Program-made: the position numbers and the translations under genes
The notes under the pieces: generated by a model
What the model was told of the DNA's origin: nothing
The model's input: only the letters and a program-made list of their open reading frames with translations
The model's database searches: none
Assembly: GCF_006345805.1 (NCBI RefSeq)
Contig: NC_043000.1
Coordinates: 3,100,001-3,164,000, forward strand
Source of the DNA: Octopus sinensis
Taxonomy: Eukaryota
Length of the DNA stretch: 64,000 nucleotides
Reading direction: 5' to 3'
Shown: positions 13,557 to 26,575 of the stretch, one piece after another
Position numbering within the stretch: the stretch's first letter is position 1
Layout: the number at the start of each line of letters is the position of its first letter

Positions 13557-15090
13557 TATCAGACCATTAAGAATCAACTGTCCGATTTTCTAATTCACCA
13601 AGTTTGATAGTCATTAACTCTAATATTTTATCCTGAAAATTCTTTGTTCTACAATATTGAAGAGTTGCATCATCACTTTTTGAAATGCAATTCATGATGT
13701 CTGATTATATTGTGATTTTTCTCTTGTAAATCAATTTTTGTGAACCCATGGATAGATCAAAAATTCATGTTGTTTATGGATTATGAGTTCTGTCATGGAA
13801 CCAATGCATCCCAGACAACTCAAAACATTAGTGAAATATTTGGTGAAGATGTGGTGAATGAGTGCACTATACATTGATAGTTTGAGAAGTTCCGATCTAG
13901 TGACATTGCTCTTGAAAATCAGCCCCGCGATACACCTGAGACCAAGGTGGATAATGATGAGCTGGAAACTGTAGTGGAAGTGGATACATCTCAAACTACG
14001 CATGAGTTAGCAGCAAAGTTTGACATTTCGATTCCAACTGTATTGGACCATCTGAAACAAATCGGCAAGGTAAAGAAGCTGGAAAAGTGGGTACCACATG
14101 AACTGAACGAGCATCAAATGACACATCATCTTGAAACTTGCTGTTCTTTGCTGTCATGGCATAAAAGTGAACCATTTTTGCATGATATTGTTATGTGTGA
14201 TGAAAAATGGATTCTTTTTAAACAATAGCAAGCATTCTGCATGGTGGTTGGATAGAGACAAAGTGCCAAAACACAATCCCAAAAAAATATTCACCAAAAA
14301 ATGCTAATGGTATCTGTTTGGTGGTAAGGCGGCGAGCTGGCAGAATCGTTAGCATGCCGGGCAAAATGCTTAGCGGTATTTCGTCTGCCGCTACGTTCTG
14401 AGTTCAAATTCTGCCAAGGTCGACTTTGTCTTTCATCCTTTCAGGGTTGATAAATTAAGTACCAGTTATGCACTGTGGTCGATACAATCGACTTAATCCA
14501 TTTGTCTGTCCTTGTTTGTCCTCTCTGTGTTTAACCCCTTGTGGGTAGTAAAGAAATAGGTATCTGTTTGGTGGTCCAGCACTGGTGTCCTCCACTGCAG
14601 CTTCATGAACCATGGTAAGTCAATTACAACTGATGTATACATCAGCCAAATGGATGAAATGATGAGTGAACTTGCAATTAAACAACTGAGATTGGTCAAT
14701 AGGTCATTTCTCTTGCAAGACAATGCTTGACCACATGTTGCTCAAAGAATGCTACTCAAGTTAGAGGAACTGAACTTGGAAGTACTCTGTCATCCACCAT
14801 ATTCATCAGACCTTGAGCCAGCTGACTATTATGTTTTCCAGGCATTAGGCAACTTTTTGCAAGGAAAAAACTTCAAATCTGAAGAAGACGCAAAAACAGC
14901 CTTTCATGATTTCATCACCACTTGCTCTTCAGAATTCTTTGCTGCCAGCATAAATAAGCTAGCAATAAAATGGCAAAATTGTGTTGATAATTTAGGTGTA
15001 TACTTTGATTAACTGCATTGTTTTTCGTTGAGATAAAGTAAAATAAACTTACAATTCAAAATAGGACATTTCATTCTTAATGACCTGATA
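13557..15090 (+). mobile_element. Decayed full-length mariner DNA transposon (DD34D type, Hsmar1/cecropia-like)
   Basis: TIRs TATCAGACCATTAAGAATCAACTGTCCGATTTT and AAAATAGGACATTTCATTCTTAATGACCTGATA with TA ends. Transposase remnants WVPHEL, CDEKWI, LQDNA, HPPYSSDLEPADY, with stops and a SINE insertion. Confidence 0.92.
14326..14558 (+). mobile_element. SINE B1 monomer inserted in the mariner transposase
   Basis: 17-bp TSD GGTATCTGTTTGGTGGT at 14309-14325 and 14559-14575. Confidence 0.92.
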
Positions 15091-15399
15091 CTAGCAAAAT
15101 GTGGCAGAGACGGATGATGAATAATAATTTACAAAACAGGGAAAAAAACACACAAAGGATGTGTATATGCTCATCTCTCATCAGTTACTGACCCCAAACC
15201 ATCACAGTATACATATGTATTTCATAAATATGATCATAAATTTTCATCATGTTTTGACTATAAAAAATAATCTAATACTGAGGCATATAAATTCACAATG
15301 GAGAAAATGGATGTTAGTACACATACTAATGCCCAGTTTTTATCATCAACACAATATTAGATTATTTTCTATCATCAATATATGGTGAAGACTTATACT

Positions 15400-16085
15400 C
15401 TTTACTCTCTTTTACTCTTTTACTTGTTTCAGTCATGTGACTGTGGCCATGCTGGAGCACCACCTTTAGTCAAACAAATCAACTCCAGGACTTATTCTTT
15501 GTAAGTCTAGTACTTATTCTATCGGTCTCTTTTGCTGAACCGCTAAATTATGGGGATGTAAACACACCAGCATCGGTTGTCAAGCGATGTTGGAGGGACT
15601 AACACAGACACACAAACATATACAGACGCATACATATATATATATATATATATATAATATATATATATATATACATATATATACATTGGCACGTAAAAAG
15701 CACCGTCCGTTCGTGGCCGTTACCAGCCATGCCTGGCCCCCGTGCTGGTGGCACGTAAAAAGCACCATCCAATCGTGGCCGTTTGCCAGCTCCGTCTGGC
15801 ACCTGTGCGGGTGGCACGTAAAAAGCACCCACTACACTCACGGAGTGGTTGGCGTTAGGAAGGGCATCCAGCCGTAGAAACACTGCCAGATTAGACTGGG
15901 CCTGGTGCAGCCTTCTGGCTTCCCAGACCCCAGTTGAACTGTCCAACCCACGCTAGCATGGAAAGCGGATGCTAAACGATGATGATGATGATGATGATGA
16001 TATATGATGGGATTCATTCAGTTTTCGTCTACCGAATCCACTCACAAGGCTTTGGTCGGCCCGAGGCTATAGTAGAAGACACTTA
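15400..16085 (-). mobile_element. SINE A with a plus-strand SINE D (about 15684-16000) nested in its internal microsatellite
   Basis: The two halves of family A flank a D copy ending in (GAT)n. Confidence 0.78.
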
Positions 16086-16153
16086 TAGTTATATTTACAA
16101 AATTTTCACTTGTCACTATTTCTTAACTAATGCGGAATATATTTGTATATATA

Positions 16154-16195
<42 letters not shown>

Positions 16196-17215
16196 TGTAT
16201 GTGTTTATCCTCCACCAGCACATGACAATTGGTGTTGTTTTGTTTATGTCCCCATAACTTTGTGGTTCAACACAAAACATCAATAGAAAAAGCTTTCGCT
16301 GAACCCATTGAGGTGGTGCACCAGCATGGCCACAGTCCAGTGACGGAAACAAGTAGAAGCCAAAAGACATAGCTTGTAGTGTTTAGCGTGTTCCCTGCTC
16401 ATAGCAACCAACTAAAGTTTCATAACAATAGAGAGAAATGTTGCTTGATATCTTATATGTATATTATATACCAACGTTTTCTGCATCAATATCAAAACTG
16501 AAGAAGCCATCTTCAACGACTGATGCAAGCCTCTAATTATAACTGACAGATGTAACTCTATGTGATATGATTGATTGAAACATAAGTCAAACTGATCGGG
16601 AGAAGGCCAATCATAAAGATGAGAGAATCGATGTAAGCCAATCAAAAATCATTGTCAGAATTATTATTTAATTCCTAAAAATATCCGACTGGAATAAAGA
16701 CTGTACAAAAATGGCAGATACATTTTCTTGGAATTGTGAAAAGATGAGCAGAATGAAGGAAGATGTTAAAGAATGGGTGCATGTGTGGTATCTGAGGAAG
16801 TTTTAAGTTTGGGGTTTTTTAGTCAGTCAGGCAGAATCAAACAATTTGCTGGATTTGGTTAGTGAGTGAAACTGTAAAATGTGGTTTTTCACTAGTCTTC
16901 TTATGGAGTTCAAAGCTTCACATAATGGGCTTGCATACATATATCATCATCATCATTGTCGTCGCTTAATATCTGCTTTCCATACTGGCATGGGTTGGAC
17001 GGTTTGCCTGAGGGCTGGCGAGTCAGAAGACTGCACCAGGCTCCAATCTGATATGGCAAAGTTTCTACGGCTGTATGCCCTTCCTAACACCAGCCATGCT
17101 GAGAGTGTAATGGGTGCTTTCTATGTGCAAATCTCTAAATCAGGGATGTAAACACACCAACACCAGTTGTAAAGTGATTGTGGTGGTAGATTAATGCAAA
17201 GACACACACATGCAT

Positions 17216-17302
<87 letters not shown>

Positions 17303-17309
17303 GAACAAA

Positions 17310-18520
17310 AGTACTGGAGATTCAGTGTACAACACATGGCAAAATCATGAGTTGAAAAAAGCAGCGCCTGTCCTTGCGAACCTAATAATGGGTTTCTTTG
17401 AATGTATCCTATATGAACTTTCAGTCCAAAAATTTGGACCCCATTCCACCAGTATATAAGAGAAAACTGGAAAAGATACCTAAACAATTGTTTTATCATC
17501 TGGAATGAAACCTATGACAAACTTCTGGATTGAAAATCCACAGTGAACAATATAAACTCCAATATTCAATTTACAATGGAATAGTAAGGAACAGCTCCCA
17601 TTTCTGGACATTTTGATTATAAAAAAGTCCAACAACCAAATTGCAACTGACATCTACTACAAACCAACAGACTCAAAACAGTATTTCCTTTCCAGTTTAT
17701 GCCATCCTAAACGCACCAAAATAAATATCCCTTTCAATCTAGCAGAAAGGATCTGTACAACTGTATCTGACACAACCACCCGGGAACTTCACCTACAGGA
17801 CCTCAAAATAACACTCATTGAATGTCAATACCCATCCACACTTATAGACCATGGAATTAAATGTGCCAAGAAATTGGACACAAACACATTAAGGACAACA
17901 AAACAAAATACCACACTTCTCTTTAAATCACTCCCATACATATCAACCCACAACCCCAGAAACAATGAAGCGTACAACACAATTATACAAAATCTCCCTC
18001 TGCTCACTCAAGACCCAAAAATGAACAACATCCTAAATACACATAAACTCCTCAAATACAAAAGACAATACAAATCACTCAAGAGACTCCTAACAAATGC
18101 AAAACTATACACAATACATACGATACCAACAGTTAAAAAATGCAGATGACATAATTGTGGTATATGCCCATACCTAATTAAGGCTCAGAATTCACATTCC
18201 AACAAGGAGAAAAATTCTCAATTAAGACCAACTTCGCATGTGCTTCCCAGGACCTTATCTATGTCCTAACCTGCTCAGGTTGTGGCCACAATTATGTGGG
18301 CCAAACAAGCCTTACTTTGAGATGCAGAGTCACACTGCACAAAGAACAGATTCGTTTTCCTCAATACAGGCAGAAAGCCCTGAGCGAACATATCAACAGA
18401 TGCACAAGAAATAAAGCACCAAATTTCCATATACCAATTATACCAATGTAAAGATTCTATCTCCTTACGAGAACGCCTAAACAAGGAAAACCTTGTCTAA
18501 AAGAAAGATAAGAGTTTCTT
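17310..18520 (+). pseudogene. Decayed Penelope-like element (PLE): RT C-terminus plus GIY-YIG endonuclease
   Basis: APVLANLIMG, LPFLDILI, DIYYKPTDSKQY..CHP, then LIYVLTCSGCGHNYVGQT..L..R...H (GIY-YIG) and LSEHI; frameshifted. Confidence 0.88.
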
Positions 18521-18687
18521 CCTCTTCAGGATGAAGATTATTTTCAGACTAAAGATATATCAATTTACATTCACCATGCAAAAATTGTGTAAAATATTCA
18601 ATGTGGGGGTTTTGTACCATACTTAATACGGGACCACACAAAATAGAGAAGGCAAAATTAGGACAAAACATGCATCGGTTTGGTTTG

Positions 18688-18945
18688 ATGAGAGATAGTA
18701 TGTAGCTGATGAGATATCTATCGTTGTTGTAATAAAGAGGTGTGAGATATTATATATCTGATGAGATATCTATTGTTGTTGTAATAAAGAGATGAGAGAT
18801 AGTACATAGCTGATGAGATATCTATTGTTGTTCTTATAAAGAGTTGAGAGATAGTATGTAGCTGATGAGATATCTATTGTTGTTGTAATAAAGAGTTGAG
18901 AGATAGTATATAGCTGATGAGATATCTATTGTTGTTCTTATAAAT
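18688..18945. repeat. 52-bp minisatellite, 5 copies
   Basis: CTGATGAGATATCTA recurs at 18706, 18758, 18810, 18862 and 18914. Confidence 0.92.
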
Positions 18946-19634
18946 AGACAAAAACAAAAAAAAAAGACTGAGTGAAGAAACAGCATGTCTGGAAGCCAGT
19001 GGTTAATGTAAGCCATTGGTGAATGAACGGTTGCCAATCAGAGTCTATTGGCAAAGACTCTTGCTGTGTGTGTGCATGTGTGCGTGTGTGTGTGTACATG
19101 ATTAATCAAAATCAAATATCCAGACACTACACATTGCCATATGTCCTGAAGCAAAATATTGTTGGCCAGTAAGTATGAGTGTATAATGGCATGAGAATAG
19201 TAAAATTTTGATTTAATTTTCATTAGACATGAGACAGGAGGGAGTTTTTTTGTAAAGAAGGAGATATGGTTAAATCAAGACAGCAGTGTAGCTAACAAAT
19301 TTGCTTCACAACCACATGGTTCCAGGTTCATTGTCATGTATGACATCTTGGGAAAATGTCTTCTGTCATCATTTCAAATTAATGAATGTCTTGTGAATGG
19401 AACTTGGTTGATGAATGCTGTGCAGAAGACAATCAAATATGTTTATGATGATATCCATGAGGCCACTGATGATGGATCTATATTTTTGATGAGCTTGTTG
19501 ACTGTGGACATTTTTTTGTATCTTGTATTGTCTTGGTTCTAAGTTATCTTCTCATACATTGAAATTCTAGATCTTGTGAGGTTAAACTCGTTTACAGGTC
19601 CTTGGTTTATGGGAATTTTCTTGTACATGTACCA

Positions 19635-20010
19635 TAGGCGCAGGAGTGGCTGTGTGGTAAGTAGCTTGCTAACCAACCACATGGTTCCGGGTTCAGTCCC
19701 ACTGCGTGGCATCTTGGGCAAGTGTCTTCTACTATAGCCCCGGGCCGACCAATGCCTTGTGAGTGGATTTGGTAGACGGAAACTGAAAGAAGCCTGTCGT
19801 ATATTTGTACATATATATATATGTGTGTGTATGTTTGTGTGTCTGTGTTTGTCCCCCCGTCACTTAGCGGTTCGGCAAGAAGAGACCAATAGAATAAGTA
19901 CTGGGCTTACAAAGAATAAGTCCCGGGGTCGATTTGCTCGACTAAAAGGCGGTGCTCCAGCATGGCCGCTGTCAAATGACTAAAACAAGTAAAAGAGTAA
20001 AGAGTAAGAG
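19635..20010 (+). mobile_element. SINE family A copy
   Basis: Complete head-to-tail family A sequence. Confidence 0.88.
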
Positions 20011-20394
20011 TATACATTGTGATACTGTGTGATTTTTCGTTCATAAGGATTCCAATTCTGTGAAGGCTAACACTCATTTAGGTGTTTCTAATTTATGAAA
20101 GTGTGTGTGTGTGTACGCGTGTTTGTGTGTGCATGTGTGTGTATACGCATACACACACGCGCGTGCACACACATGCACACACACACACACACACATTGTT
20201 TAACATCTGCTTTCCATCTTGGCATGGATTGGGTGGTTTGACACGGAGCTGGCTTGCAGGAAGCTGTCCAAACAACAACTGTCTATTGTGGCATGGTATC
20301 TATGGCTGGATGCCTTTCCTAATGCCAACCACTTAACATAGTGTGATGGGTGTTTTTATATGCCACCGGCATATATATATATATGTATATATCA

Positions 20395-20960
20395 TCATCA
20401 TCATCATCATCATCATCGTTTAACGTCCGCTTTCCATGCTAGCATGGGTTGGACGGTTCAACTGGGGTCTGGCAAGCTCGAAGGCTGCACCAGGCCAGTC
20501 AGATCTGCCAGTGTTTCTACAGCTGGATGCCCTTCCTAACGCCAACCACTCCGAGAGTGTAGTGGGTGATTTTATGTGCCACCGACACAGGTGCCAGACG
20601 AGGCTGGCAGACGGCCACGCTCGGATGGTGTTTTCTTATGTGCCACCGACACAGGTGCCAGACGAGGCTGGCAGACAGCTACGCTCAGATGGTGTTTTCT
20701 TATGTGCCACCGACACAGGTGCCAGACGAGGCTGGCGGACGGCCACGCTCGGATGTTGTTTGTTACGTGCCCACAGCACGGAGGCCAGTCGATGCGGTAC
20801 TGGCTACGGTCACGTTCGGATGGTTTTCTTATGTGCCACCCACAAGGATACAAATTCCATTGATGTTCATCTATTTTGATTTGGTTTGACTTGATTCGAT
20901 TTGACTTTGATTTGATTTGCCTCAGCAGGTCTTCACAAGTGTCACAAGGAGGAAGGTATG
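20395..20960 (-). mobile_element. SINE D with an internal tandem expansion of an approximately 64-bp module
   Basis: GTGCC-initiated modules at 20576, 20640, 20704, 20767 and 20833. Confidence 0.85.
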
Positions 20961-21770
20961 CACAGGTGGACTGACTACGTCCCAGGTAGGGGCCACGGGT
21001 TATGGCTTCACTAGTCTTGTCGGGTCTTCTCACGCACAGCATATATATATATATATATATATTGTATATATTTATACACACACACACACACACACGCACA
21101 CACACACACACACACACATACGCACACACACGCACATATATGTTTCTGTAGTGACCTTGCCAGTGCTGGAGCCATTAAGAAGGGCTTCCAGCTGTAAAAC
21201 CATGCCAAAGCAGACCTCACCAGTGCTGGTACCACATAAAAAGCACTCAGCCCACTCTGTAAAGTAGCTGATGTTAGGAAGGGCATCCAGCTGTAAAATT
21301 CATGCCAGAGCAGACAGTAGAGCTTGGCACAGTTTCCAGGTTTAGCAGCCCCTATCAAACCATTCAGCACATACCAGCATTGAAAACAGATGTTAGACGA
21401 CGACAACGATATATATTTCCTGCAATAGATAGGTCTGGAGTCCAGACAACTAAAGAAAGCCATCAAGAAGATAGGCATAAAAGCTGAAACTAACTCAAGT
21501 TGGCTATGGTTGATAGGAGACTGCAAGTGGAACCGTTCCATAGGTGAAGACTATTTCTATCTTCATTACCCAACTCAGGAGAGTGTTCAGCACAGCAATT
21601 TCAAGGGAGGGGGTACGTTGATTACATCAACCCCAGACTTTATTTGTTGATCCCAAAAGGATGAAAGGCAAAGCTGACCATGGTGGAATTTGAACTCAGA
21701 ACACAAAGACAGATGAAATGCTACTAAGCATTTTGCCTAGCCTATTAACGATTCTGCCAGCTCACCACTT

Positions 21771-22190
21771 TACTCTTTACTCTTTTACTTGTTTTAGTCA
21801 TGTGACTGTGGCCATGCTGGAGCACTGCCTTTAGTCGAGCAAATCGACCCTAGGACTTATTCTTTGTAAGCCTAGTACTTATTCTATCGGTTACTTTTGC
21901 CGAACCACTAAGTTACGGGGACGTAAACACACCAGCATCGGTTGTCAAGCGATGTTGGGGGGACAAACACAGACACACAAACACACATACACATACACAT
22001 ACATATATACATATAGATATATAATGCAGGCTTCTTTCAGTTTCCGTCTACCAAATCCACTTACAAATCCACTTTGGTCGGCCCGAGGCTATAGTAGAAG
22101 ACACTTGCCCAAGGTGCCACACAGTGGAACTGAACCTAGAACCACGTGGTTTGTAAGCAAGCTACTTACCACGCAGCCACTCCTATGCCT
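21771..22190 (-). mobile_element. SINE family A copy
   Basis: Matches the family A consensus on the minus strand. Confidence 0.85.
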
Positions 22191-22389
22191 AAACATATTT
22201 AGAATATTGGTTTCAAATTTTGGCACAAGGCCAACAATTTTAGGAATGAGTGTGGAGTAACTGATAACATTGACCTTGGGGGAATTTGGACTCAAAACAT
22301 AAGGAAGGATGAAATGCTGCTAAGCATTTTGCCTGGCTTGCTGACAATTTTACCAGTTTGCCACTTTAAGCATATTTAAAATACTGAAA

Positions 22390-22911
22390 TCTCTCTCTAT
22401 ATAAACGGCAGTTTGTCTGTCTGTGTGTCTGTGTGTCTGTCAGGTTGTACCCTCACCCTGACCACGGCTTTCAACCGATTCTGATGAAACTTGACACACA
22501 CATAGCCCAATGTCATAATTCAAAACTAACGCAGCGAAAATTTTGAAAAGTTCCCCCAGTTCTGAAAAAAATCGATAAATTCGACATGGGTCGAGAATCT
22601 AAGCTTTTTATTTGCAACACATTTTCTGTTGTAGTTTTCGCAACTTGCAATCGATTTTCACCAAACTCATGGTGAAGCTTAATGTTACCCTAAGGAACTT
22701 AATTCTGATGTTAGTTTTCCATGCAATACCTTACCTTCAGAAAAAAATCGATAAAATCATGCCATTTTGGGAAATCGCGTTCAAATTCAAGATGACATAT
22801 TTTCGACAATATCTTTCACAAATTGGCAGGAATTTTTTTTAATTCACAGCGAGCATCATGTCTGTTCCAGGGGCTCTTACATACCCGGGCAATGCCGGGC
22901 TATGCTGCTAG
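22390..22911 (+). mobile_element. Non-autonomous Helitron
   Basis: Begins A|TC(TCTCTCTATATAAA), has the subterminal hairpin CCCGGGCAATGCCGGG (22884-22899), ends CTAG|T, and has no TSD. Confidence 0.82.
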
Positions 22912-23085
22912 TACTTAATAATCAGGCTACACAGTGTTTCATATAATTGTTTCTTGTCCAAATTTGTCAGTTGTAGGCTGTGGTTTGTTTATCCCGAGTA
23001 CTTTGTCCCTCTCTGCCAGTTGAGAAATATTTCCTCTCTCTATATTAATGTAATAACCACAGTAAAACTTGTTTTTCTTTTGTAG

Positions 23086-23245
23086 GTCTAGTGTCAATGA
23101 CAATTCCAGTTTACCTAGCGGAATGCGCACCAAGTCATGTTCGTGGAAGAATTGTATCAACCAACATAGCCATGGTGGCCGGTGGACAGTTTTTTGCAAA
23201 TGTCATAGATGGAATATTTGGTTTCAATGAAGAAACTGGATGGAG
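23086..23245 (+). CDS. SLC2A13: Internal coding exon (160 nt, phase 1 to phase 2) of a proton myo-inositol cotransporter, MFS sugar porter family
   Basis: Acceptor tttttcttttgtag and donor GAG|gtaag. Translates (G)LVSMTIPVYLAECAPSHVRGRIVSTNIAMVAGGQFFANVIDGIFGFNEETGW(R), matching the sugar-porter PVYxAExxPxxxRG motif and the HMIT-typical GGQFFAxVxDG...GWR. Confidence 0.93.
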
Positions 23246-23518
23246 GTAAGTCTCACAGATTCCATGTTATTATTGCTATTGTTCCAGATATGACCATCTC
23301 AATTTGTTTTCTCTCAGTATACAAAAGAACAATATCTGGTGGGTATCATCTCTTTTTTTCAATATTGTTAAGTGTGATGTGAGGAGGGGTCTGGTTGCTA
23401 TTTCTAGCAGGTTGAATGATCACATACAGGCTGTTTATCATTGTTAATGTTGCTGCAGTTTTTGTTGTTGTTTAGACTCATGGCAGCCCCAGTCGCACAA
23501 CATAGAAACATAGACACT

Positions 23519-23896
23519 GGAAGCACTCCGTTGGTTACGACGATGAGGGTTCCGGTTGATCCGAATCAACGGAACAGCCTGCTCGTGAAATTAACGTGTA
23601 AGTGGCTGAGCACTCCACAGACACGTGTACCCTTAACGTAGTTCTCGGGGATATTCAGCGTGACACAGAGAGTGACAAGGCCGGCCCCTTGAAATTCAGG
23701 TACAACAGAAACAGGAAGTAAGAGAAAGTTGTGGTGAAAGAGTACAGCAGGGATCACCACCATCCCCTGCCGGAGCCTCGTGGAGCTTTAGGTGTTTTCG
23801 CTCAATAAACACTCACAACGCCCGGTCTGGGAATCGAAACCGCGATCCTATGACCGCGAATCCGCTGCCCTAACCACTGGGCCATTGCGTCTCCAC
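23519..23896 (-). mobile_element. SINE family C copy
   Basis: TSD ACATAGACACT at 23508-23518 and 23897-23907. Confidence 0.88.
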
Positions 23897-25195
23897 ACAT
23901 AGACACTATACATATAACAAAAGACAAACACCAAATACAGTCAGGATACAACACTGTAGCTACCACACAATATATACATCTCAGAATATTAATGCAACAC
24001 AACAGATATTACACAACATAGACACAATACATCATAGATCACACACTATCATCTCTAGGTATAGTAGGGACCACACAACAAAATATGCCTTACCAATCGA
24101 TTACCAATGCCAAGTTCAGTGAGATGACTCCAAAAAGAGCAATCTGGACACCGTATCAAAGCTTGTCTGACGTGTTTCCCATTTTCTGAGGTCTGCACCA
24201 TTCATGGCACCCCTACTGGTCTTCTATTCATTGGTGTATCTCATGTACGAAATGCATTCACGTTTTTAACATGAGTATTTCCATACAGTCACATAACTAG
24301 CTAAAAATAGCAGTTGTGTTTCACTCAAATCACAAGCGCCCATCTTATAAAAGGATGTCTACATTGGGTTATGTATTCCCACATGCATATGTCTGAATAA
24401 AAATATTGGTTCATCAGTAGCACATTTAGGAAGTCCAAGGGTGCAGTCAACCCTGGGTGATGTTTTGATGGTGGGAGGAGCACTTTTGGGTTTGATGTAT
24501 AAACCTGTGCGGGGTGTATATTCTGGGGAAGGAGGGAGCAGCACTCTCATGAACTGCCCAACAACACATAGATATTATTAACATTATATCCATAAAAACT
24601 ACATGAGGATATGATTGAGGTAATATTGATGGTTTGCTTTTGGTTTGATGGTCATAATGGTGATGTTTGGTTGTAATGGAGTTGGTGGTGGGGAATGATA
24701 CCTTTGATGATAGTGATGATAGTGGTGGTAATTATGATTTAAATTGTCCTCAAGATTAAAGACAATTTTCTGTCCACTGTCTCAGATGACATACAAATTA
24801 AATGCTTAAAAACAAATATATGAACCTTCTTCTAGTCCTCCACCCTCACCAGCTTGTGACCTACCTACCTCTGACACACATTCACCTATGCATGCCATAT
24901 CATTTTATCATCTGGTTCCACACACACACACACATACACACTCCTACAGTTGTATGTGAAACAGTTAATAAAACTGAGTTTCTGTTAACTTCTCCCGAGA
25001 AAGAAATCATTTTGATTTCAGAATAATCTCAATGAGAAAATCAGAAAAATTCTGAAGGGAAAGAAACTAATATAATATTGCAATAAAAGAAAGGACAACA
25101 CACACGCACATATACATACATATATATATATACATATATATATATATAAATATATATATACATGTGTGTATATATATATATACTCACACACACAC

Positions 25196-25257
<62 letters not shown>

Positions 25258-26199
25258 ATGTATATCTTATCAAAATGTCCTCTACTGCCTTGTCTTTGAT
25301 GGTTAGAAAATTCATCATGATTCTCCACCACTCAAGTTATAAATAACAGTTTTGTTTTTAAACCATTTACATTGTTAGTTGCATTAAAGAGAAAAAGAAA
25401 AGATTAAGAAAAAGAAAGGCAAAAAAAATGACTGTTTTTCTAATATCCACAGATCTATTCCAATTGACTTTTATTGATCTGCTATTAATCAATAGAGGTG
25501 AATATTATTGGGAGTTGAGTGGGAGTTGAATAAAGCTGATGGTGGCAGTGTGTTATAGAAGAACTCTTCTATGAAGGAGGTAAAAACACAGTTGTGGCTT
25601 GGATTTATCGAAATGAGAGAAGAGTAAGAAAATAGTTGTGAAAATGAATTTAACACTTGTTTGTTTATGACATACCCATAAATGTATGAATGTGGCAGAA
25701 ATTAAATTATATTGATATATATTCTCCCATATTTTGTTTATATATTCTGTTTTCTTTTCATTGGTAGTAAGGAAATAGGCAATCACTCTGAAGTGAAATA
25801 TAAGCAATGTAATACAGTATATAGAAAAGTATTAAAATATAATATAATGCAATAAAATATATTGTGAATACATACATAGATACACATATGTACTTAGATA
25901 CACATATGTACTTAGATACACACAAACACACGTGTCTATATTATCACCTTGGGCAACTGTCTTCTATTATAGCCCCATGCTGACTAAAGCCTTGAAAATG
26001 AATTTGGTAGACAGAAACTGTGTGGAAGCGTGTCATGTGTGTGTGTGTGCGTGTGTATGTGTGTCCTTGTGTTTGTCTCCACACCACCACATGTCAATTG
26101 CTGTTGGTTTGTTTGTGTCTGTAAAATCCTGTCTCAAATATATCCCCATTTCAATCCACGCCGGCTTGGAAAAATGGACATTGAACGAATATATATCAT

Positions 26200-26575
26200 C
26201 ATCATCATCATCATCGTTTAACATCCGCTTTCCATGCTAGCATGGGTTGGACAATTTGACTGAGGTTTGGCAAACCAAATGGCAGCACCAGGCTCCAATC
26301 TTGATCTGGCAGAGTTTCTACAGCTGGATGCACTTCCTAACGCCAACCACTCTGAGAGTGTAGTGGGTGCTCTTACGTGCCACTGGCACAAGGGCCAGTT
26401 AGGTGGTACTGGCAATGGCCACACCCAAATGGTACTTTTTATGTCTGCCACCTGCACAGGAGCCAGTCCAGTGGCACTGGCAATGACCTTGCTTGAATGT
26501 TTTTCTTTTCACGTGCCACCAGCACAAGTGCCAGTAAGGCGACGCAGGTAATGATCATGCTCGAATGGTGTTTTA
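26200..26575 (-). mobile_element. SINE family D copy
   Basis: (CAT)n tail plus family D body. Confidence 0.82.
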
